Below are positions 58,307 to 64,000 of a stretch of 64,000 nt of DNA, piece by piece (within the stretch, counting starts at the first letter, position 1; every line of letters begins with the position of its first letter). The translations under genes and the position numbers were made by a program. Below the pieces are notes generated by a model. It was not told where the DNA came from, made no database searches, and was given only the letters and a program-made list of their open reading frames with translations. This DNA comes from Ascoidea asiatica JCM 7603 (Eukaryota; Fungi; Ascomycota): the NCBI GenBank assembly GCA_001600695.1, contig BCKQ01000004.1, forward strand, positions 1,059,677-1,123,676, written 5' to 3'.

Positions 58307-59949
58307 TTTTTTTTTGTATTATAATAATATTATAAATATTTGTTTATGCTTTTTTCGTTAAACTTTTTCTTTTTTTTTGTCTTTATCAAATTTTTTGTTA
58401 TATTTTTTTTATCAACATCCTCCTATACTACTTACTTACTTATTATTATAATTATTATATTAATTATTTTTTTATTTATGCTTTGTTATGAACAAAATTT
58501 TTGTGTTTTTTCCCTATTTTATACTTCTATTCAATTCTATTTTATGTTAAGTTTTATAATATAATCATTCTTATCATCTTTAAATATAAATATCAATACA
58601 AATATATCAATATAAATTCTAATTCAAATATAAATACAAATACTAATACAAATACAAAATAGTAGTTTTCATTTATACTATTTGTAAAATAATATTTCAA
58701 ATACGAATTTAAGAATTATTTACTTAGTTTTAATAAAATAAAATATTCTTGATGTTAGATTCAGTTTGATTGCAGAAAATCTATAGACTAAGGTTAAGTG
58801 TAACTTTAGAGAGAGAATACAGGTAGTTTACCTAAAGGTTAAATTTGAAAATGAGATAAAATTTATCGGTTGATACCTTTAATTAATTAATAAAGGATAA
58901 AATTTAAAGATTAAAAAATGAAAGGCAAACAAACTTGACTCTTTCTGTGGGAATAATTAATGAATACAAAAAATACAGTTTACTAGTAAATACTAGTTTA
59001 TTATTCTAGTAGGTTATTGTTGCTTCAAATATTTTAAAAACTTGATGAATATTCAGTAAAATTAAAGATTATTAAAGGATATTTAATAAAGTGAAAATAA
59101 ATGAAATGAATATGAAAAAAAGGAAGAAAAATATGAAAATAGACAAAATTACTAAAAATTGATAAATGATCAATCAATAAATACGCTCAGGTTTTAGATT
59201 AATCTTAGATTGGATGATAGAAGTGATTAGAAAACATGCGAAAACAAAAATAGCTCCTTTTTATTTTAATTAATTTTAATAATATTTGTTTTCAACTGTT
59301 TCAAGGAGACTTACTAGTTTTTAGTTACTTCTTGTTATTTTTAATTATTTTTCAAAATGTGAACAAAGAAGTGAATAAAGAAGTGAATAAAAAAAGAAAT
59401 CGTCATGAGAATCTGGCCATATTTAATTCTGAGACTGGAAGTTGTTTTTTTGAGCACTGTTTGTTTGTTTGAAATATTTGAAAAGGCAGAGTCAAAAAAA
59501 AAAAAGATGAATTGTTGAAATTGTGCGGTTTGCGCCAGTTCCGAATAAATTGGAGAGTGCCTGGACCGACAGCAGCCATCCTCGGTTGACTGCGCTTTGC
59601 CGAAGCCTGCAAATCTGTACGCCACTTTTACGCGCCACTTATTAATGCAAATTCTGCGGTTGCCGCTGTTTCATCTCCAGTCGTCTCAGTCGTGAAGGGA
59701 AGTGGTTACTAGCATGTATGGAGAGGTGTTCGTTGCAAATTCGTTTATTTAGCTACTATGTGGTACCCTTAATAATTAAATCCGGTTAATTCTTGTGATT
59801 CATGTTTTTTTTTTAAATCAAATTTATCAATTCCGGTAAGTTTCCTAAAACGGAAACAACAGTATTCATACTGCAAACTATCCACTTTGGTGAGATATAA
59901 TGATATTATATTTTCATAAAAAAATGAAAAAATGCTATAGAAAGAAAAA

Positions 59950-61347
59950 TTACCAAAGAGCTGCTGGGGTATAAACAGGAATAGCCTCTGTTAGGCCATA
60001 ACCGGTGGTTCCAACTGCCCATGCTGGTTTTGTTGGTTGTGTCCAATCTGAAGGTGCTTCAGTTATTGTAGTTCTATGAGTGAAAGTTCCTGTTGGTGTA
60101 CCTGTAACAAGTAAAGATCCAGTACCATAACCATTTTGAACAACATTTATCATATTATATTTTTCTCTTTCTTCATCTTTATAAAAACTAAAATCTTCAA
60201 TAACTAAACCTTGTGGCATATTAACATCACTACCAATGATATAAATACCACCTCTTGTTTTACCTGATGTTGCTGCAATTGATCCACTAAAATTATTAAA
60301 TGTTAAATCTGTTAATTGAACTCCACCTGTTGTACCAACCGAATTTTGCCAATATTGATTAATACTTAATCCAAATCCTGTTTGATATCCTTTAAAATCT
60401 TCAAATAAACAATTTTTAACATTAGAATCTGTACCATTTGGATATGTTTTAATAAACATTAATTGATTTGTATAATATGAAGTAACATTTTTAACATGCA
60501 TATATGATATATCAGCATCTGATTTCAATGATCCAATTGACATACCATCTGCATTATTACAAATCATATTCTCAATTAATCCATGATGTGATGGTGATTT
60601 AATTGAAACACATTCATCTTTATTTGTAACTTCACAATCATGAATATAATAATTATTACCTGTAACATCAATTCCATCAGTTCCACCTCTATTTGGTCCT
60701 CTTATAGTTAAATCATATACTTCAACATTTGTAATATTTGTTAAAACTAAATGAAATGTTCTTGAATCAATTAAAAATAAATCATGAATAACTGAATTTG
60801 ATAAATTTGTAACTCTCATTAATCTATTACTACCTCCAACAAACCCATTTTCAATTCTGAATTTATATCCATTTGCTTGAATTGCACCTTTACCATTTGA
60901 TGAAAACATTTCAAAATTATCAACTGTATCAATTCTAATCATATCTGAATGTGCAATTGTACCTTTTGAATTATATTGATAAAAATCTCCATCATTATCA
61001 ACATCAATTAATCCATCAATTTGAAGCGCCCAATCATTTACTTTTGTAAATGCTAAATAACTTGATAATTTCCAAGTACCTTCTGGTATAACTAATCTTG
61101 AATTTTTTGTAACCGATACACATTCTGTAAATGCTTTATTAACTGCAGTTGAAATATCGGTTCCAGAAACTGCTCCATAATCTGTTATATTACATATATT
61201 AGTTTTCTCTGATAATTCTGTAGTTGGTCCAACTGTACCTGTTAAACCATATGTGGTTGAAGTATCTTTTTTCTCTAATATTTCAACTGAACAATTGATT
61301 AGTTCAATCAATGTTAAAAAACATATAAAAAAAATAATTTTACTCAT
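59950..61347 (-). CDS. Secreted GH28 endo-rhamnogalacturonase (RhgA-like)
   Basis: Signal peptide. LTGTVGPTT...CNITDYGA, ALQIDG, FEMFSSNGKGAIQANGY, IRGPNRGGTDGIDV, VTNKDECVSIKSP, GSL, NQLMFIK and GYGL...IP match my recollection of Aspergillus RGase A. Confidence 0.9.
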   Translation of the reverse strand: MSKIIFFICFLTLIELINCSVEILEKKDTSTTYGLTGTVGPTTELSEKTNICNITDYGAVSGTDISTAVNKAFTECVSVTKNSRLVIPEGTWKLSSYLAFTKVNDWALQIDGLIDVDNDGDFYQYNSKGTIAHSDMIRIDTVDNFEMFSSNGKGAIQANGYKFRIENGFVGGSNRLMRVTNLSNSVIHDLFLIDSRTFHLVLTNITNVEVYDLTIRGPNRGGTDGIDVTGNNYYIHDCEVTNKDECVSIKSPSHHGLIENMICNNADGMSIGSLKSDADISYMHVKNVTSYYTNQLMFIKTYPNGTDSNVKNCLFEDFKGYQTGFGLSINQYWQNSVGTTGGVQLTDLTFNNFSGSIAATSGKTRGGIYIIGSDVNMPQGLVIEDFSFYKDEEREKYNMINVVQNGYGTGSLLVTGTPTGTFTHRTTITEAPSDWTQPTKPAWAVGTTGYGLTEAIPVYTPAALW

Positions 61348-62717
61348 TTTTAATTCAATTGATTATATTTCATAAAATGAAGAAAAAAATGAATAAAAAA
61401 TTATACTAATTTTTCCCCATATATATACACAGAATATTTTTTTCAGACTAGTTGGTTTTCAATATTCTTTATTGTAATATTTTTTAAGTTCTATCTTAGA
61501 ATTATATTGATCAAAAAAAATTCCATTTTGATACTTGTTTCACAATCAAAAACAGTTAATCATTTTTTGTAAATCTTTTCTTGAATTTATTTCAAAAGCC
61601 CTCTAATACTACAAAAAGTACTGGTTAACGATAACTTAATATTCATATTTAAATGAACCCTGAATAAATTGATAGACAAATCCATTATTTAGCATTATCT
61701 GAATAATGAAGTATATTATATTCTTATTCAAAACGCGTATTGAATTATCATAAAAATTACGATTAGTAATTGTTACCAAATTATTCTTCAATTAAATAAG
61801 AGTGATTTTGTAAAATTTCCCTAGAAACCAGCAATATGGTTCTAGTTTTAGGATTTATAAAAATAGAATTATCGTATAAATTAAAGCACAAGCAAGTGAC
61901 CCTGAATAATTACACATTTTTATACTGAGACAAACGGAGTAATACATATTATGGATATTTTTTTATTTCACGTGTTTTTATATAATTCAAAAAACTTTTA
62001 GTTACCCATAATTATGGTAGATCCATACTTCTGGATATTAATTTGGGTCGTAATGGTCGGAATATAGGATTGACAGATAGTAAAACGTGACCTCTTTACA
62101 CCTGGAACTTTTTGGGACAAGTTGACCAAAAAATCCAATAAAATGCCAATAAAACCCCCTCATGAAAACCGATAACCTAAAAACATGTTATTTAACATTA
62201 ACAATACTGATTTTTATTATCTTTCATTCAATCCGAGATTTTATTCTGTAACAAATATTGATATTTGATTTATCCTTCAAAATCGATAAATGATTAATTC
62301 ATTTACATTTTAATAAGTATAATTAATGATAAATCAATATATTGTTTGCTAAAACTAATAGTAATAGTAAGATTGATGATAATAAATCAAGTTGGTGAGA
62401 GGATTCTTTAAATTTATCTTGCATTCTATTCAAATCTTGATCTCTCAGAGATTACATCAAAAACTTCTTTTTATAAAATATCTAAATACGATATTTATTT
62501 TTTAACTAGGTCATAAACTGAAAATATAATTCTGTGACATTAGTTATATCTTTTTTTCAATAGAGTGATAACTTCTTAGACATATAATCTGGAATACTAT
62601 TAGGTTTCTCTAGTCGATAATTTGATCTATTTCATTTCAATTTATTTTAATTCAATTTATATCAATTCAATTCAAGTTATATTTCAACTATAATAATTAA
62701 TTTTAGATTGAATAAAA

Positions 62718-64000
62718 ATGTTTTCAAGTTTTGATATTCATGGTTCTTTAGAAAATATATCTATAGAAACAATTGAATCATTATCTTCTTTTTCAAATAA
62801 TGATAAAAAAGCAATTGACAAAAAGACAAATGAAAAAACAATAAATGATGAAAATTCAATTGAAATTAAAAATAGAAAGTCTAGTGTTATTAATATAAAT
62901 AATGATAATTATAAAGATAATGATAATAATTATGATCTTAAAAAAAATCAAACTCAATTTCAAATAATTTCTAACAATAATAATTCTTCAATTCAGAAAT
63001 TAAATAAAGTTAAGTTATCCTCAAAGTCAATCAAAGAAAATTCAAATTCAAACTCTCATTCCCATTCTCATTCAAATTCACATTCACATTCAAGTTTACA
63101 TTCAAATTTAAATATAAAACATGATTTTCCAAATAAATTAAAGTTTGTTGGTGAAAGAGCAAGATCAAAAACTGGTTGTTTTCAATGTAGAAAAAAAAAG
63201 AAAAGATGTGATGAAAAAAAACCAATTTGTGGTTTATGTACAAGAACAATAATGAATTGTATTTGGCCTGAATATGATAATAATAATGTTTTGATAAATA
63301 AACATGAATTCAATATTTTAAAATTAAAGAAAAAAACATCAAATTCAATTTCAAATTCAACCTTAAGTTCTAAAGATTCAAATATCGTAACTTCAAAAAT
63401 TACTAAAAATTCAATTAAATCTAAACAAATAAATGCTTCAGATTTAACTAAGTTTATAAATAATTCTTTGAAAGCCCCTTTATTCGAAAAGACCATCGAA
63501 AATACTTTACCAAATTTAAATTCAAAAAATATAATTTCGAATCACTTTTTAAATAATATTAATAATAATAAACTAAATAATGATGAAACTTCTCAATTTA
63601 AAAACGATTCATTTTTTGTAAATGATAGCAATCCATATAACGGCTTTAATAATAATGCAAATAATCACACGAATTATAACTATTCAAAGAGTCTTACAAA
63701 TAATTATAATGATAATAACTTTATAAATCAGAACTATCTCAACTCAAATAACAATCTTAATCATAAAAATTACCCTAATAATAATAATATAGGAAAAACA
63801 AAATTATCAACAAGTGAATTATTAAAATTATTTAATAGTGATAATGATAATATCTTTGAAGATTTTTTAAATTTAAATTTCTCTTATTATACTCAAAATA
63901 ATAACAATTCTTCTAATGCAAAAAATGGGCCTAACTCAAATAATGATATTGGTTCAAATAATGGAATTAATTTAAATAATACGGACTTTTCAATGATTAA
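62718..64000 (+). CDS. Zn(II)2Cys6 transcription factor, 5' part (runs off the window end)
   Basis: AAAAATG at 62718, in frame with RSKTGCFQCRKKKKRCDEKKPICGLCTRTIMNCIWP (first Cys codon at 63177). No stop seen before the window end, which explains its absence from the ORF track. Confidence 0.92.
   Translation, partial: MFSSFDIHGSLENISIETIESLSSFSNNDKKAIDKKTNEKTINDENSIEIKNRKSSVININNDNYKDNDNNYDLKKNQTQFQIISNNNNSSIQKLNKVKLSSKSIKENSNSNSHSHSHSNSHSHSSLHSNLNIKHDFPNKLKFVGERARSKTGCFQCRKKKKRCDEKKPICGLCTRTIMNCIWPEYDNNNVLINKHEFNILKLKKKTSNSISNSTLSSKDSNIVTSKITKNSIKSKQINASDLTKFINNSLKAPLFEKTIENTLPNLNSKNIISNHFLNNINNNKLNNDETSQFKNDSFFVNDSNPYNGFNNNANNHTNYNYSKSLTNNYNDNNFINQNYLNSNNNLNHKNYPNNNNIGKTKLSTSELLKLFNSDNDNIFEDFLNLNFSYYTQNNNNSSNAKNGPNSNNDIGSNNGINLNNTDFSMI

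Noticed and set aside
58315-58691. UGUA...UA elements downstream of the PUF gene (possible autoregulation)
   Set aside because: Expected by chance in such AT-rich UTRs. The best match lies about 375 nt past the stop.

Overview
This is a gene-dense, extremely AT-rich eukaryotic region from a budding yeast (Saccharomycotina). The genes have almost no introns, many proteins carry poly-Asn tracts, UTRs are full of microsatellites and promoters stand out as GC-rich islands. The style suggests an Ascoidea-like (possibly CUG-reassigned) yeast, but the species is my inference. Recognisable genes in order: YIP5-like, NDE1, intron-containing tRNA-Tyr(GTA), BTS1, DER1, SCT1/GPT2, BUD13, NUP49, AGC1, XRN1, SAN1, RNA15, a peroxisomal D-amino acid oxidase, an Ark1/Prk1-family kinase, a Puf4/Puf5-type protein, a secreted GH28 rhamnogalacturonase, and a Zn2Cys6 transcription factor that runs off the window end and is absent from the ORF track. 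There are also four orphan ORFs. Most interesting: (1) a 69-aa Pro/Ser microprotein ending CCGCVIM (CAAX plus candidate palmitoylation cysteines) with candidate 5'UTR introns; (2) a filamentous-fungus-type rhamnogalacturonase placed head-to-head with a Zn-cluster regulator; (3) a 9-kb ORF-free region enriched in TACWGTA and ACCGGT palindromes (regional centromere or very large promoter); (4) a PUF repeat-4 recognition change, NHQ to NHT; (5) a promoter-like island between convergent genes. All homology calls are from recalled motifs; no searches were run.
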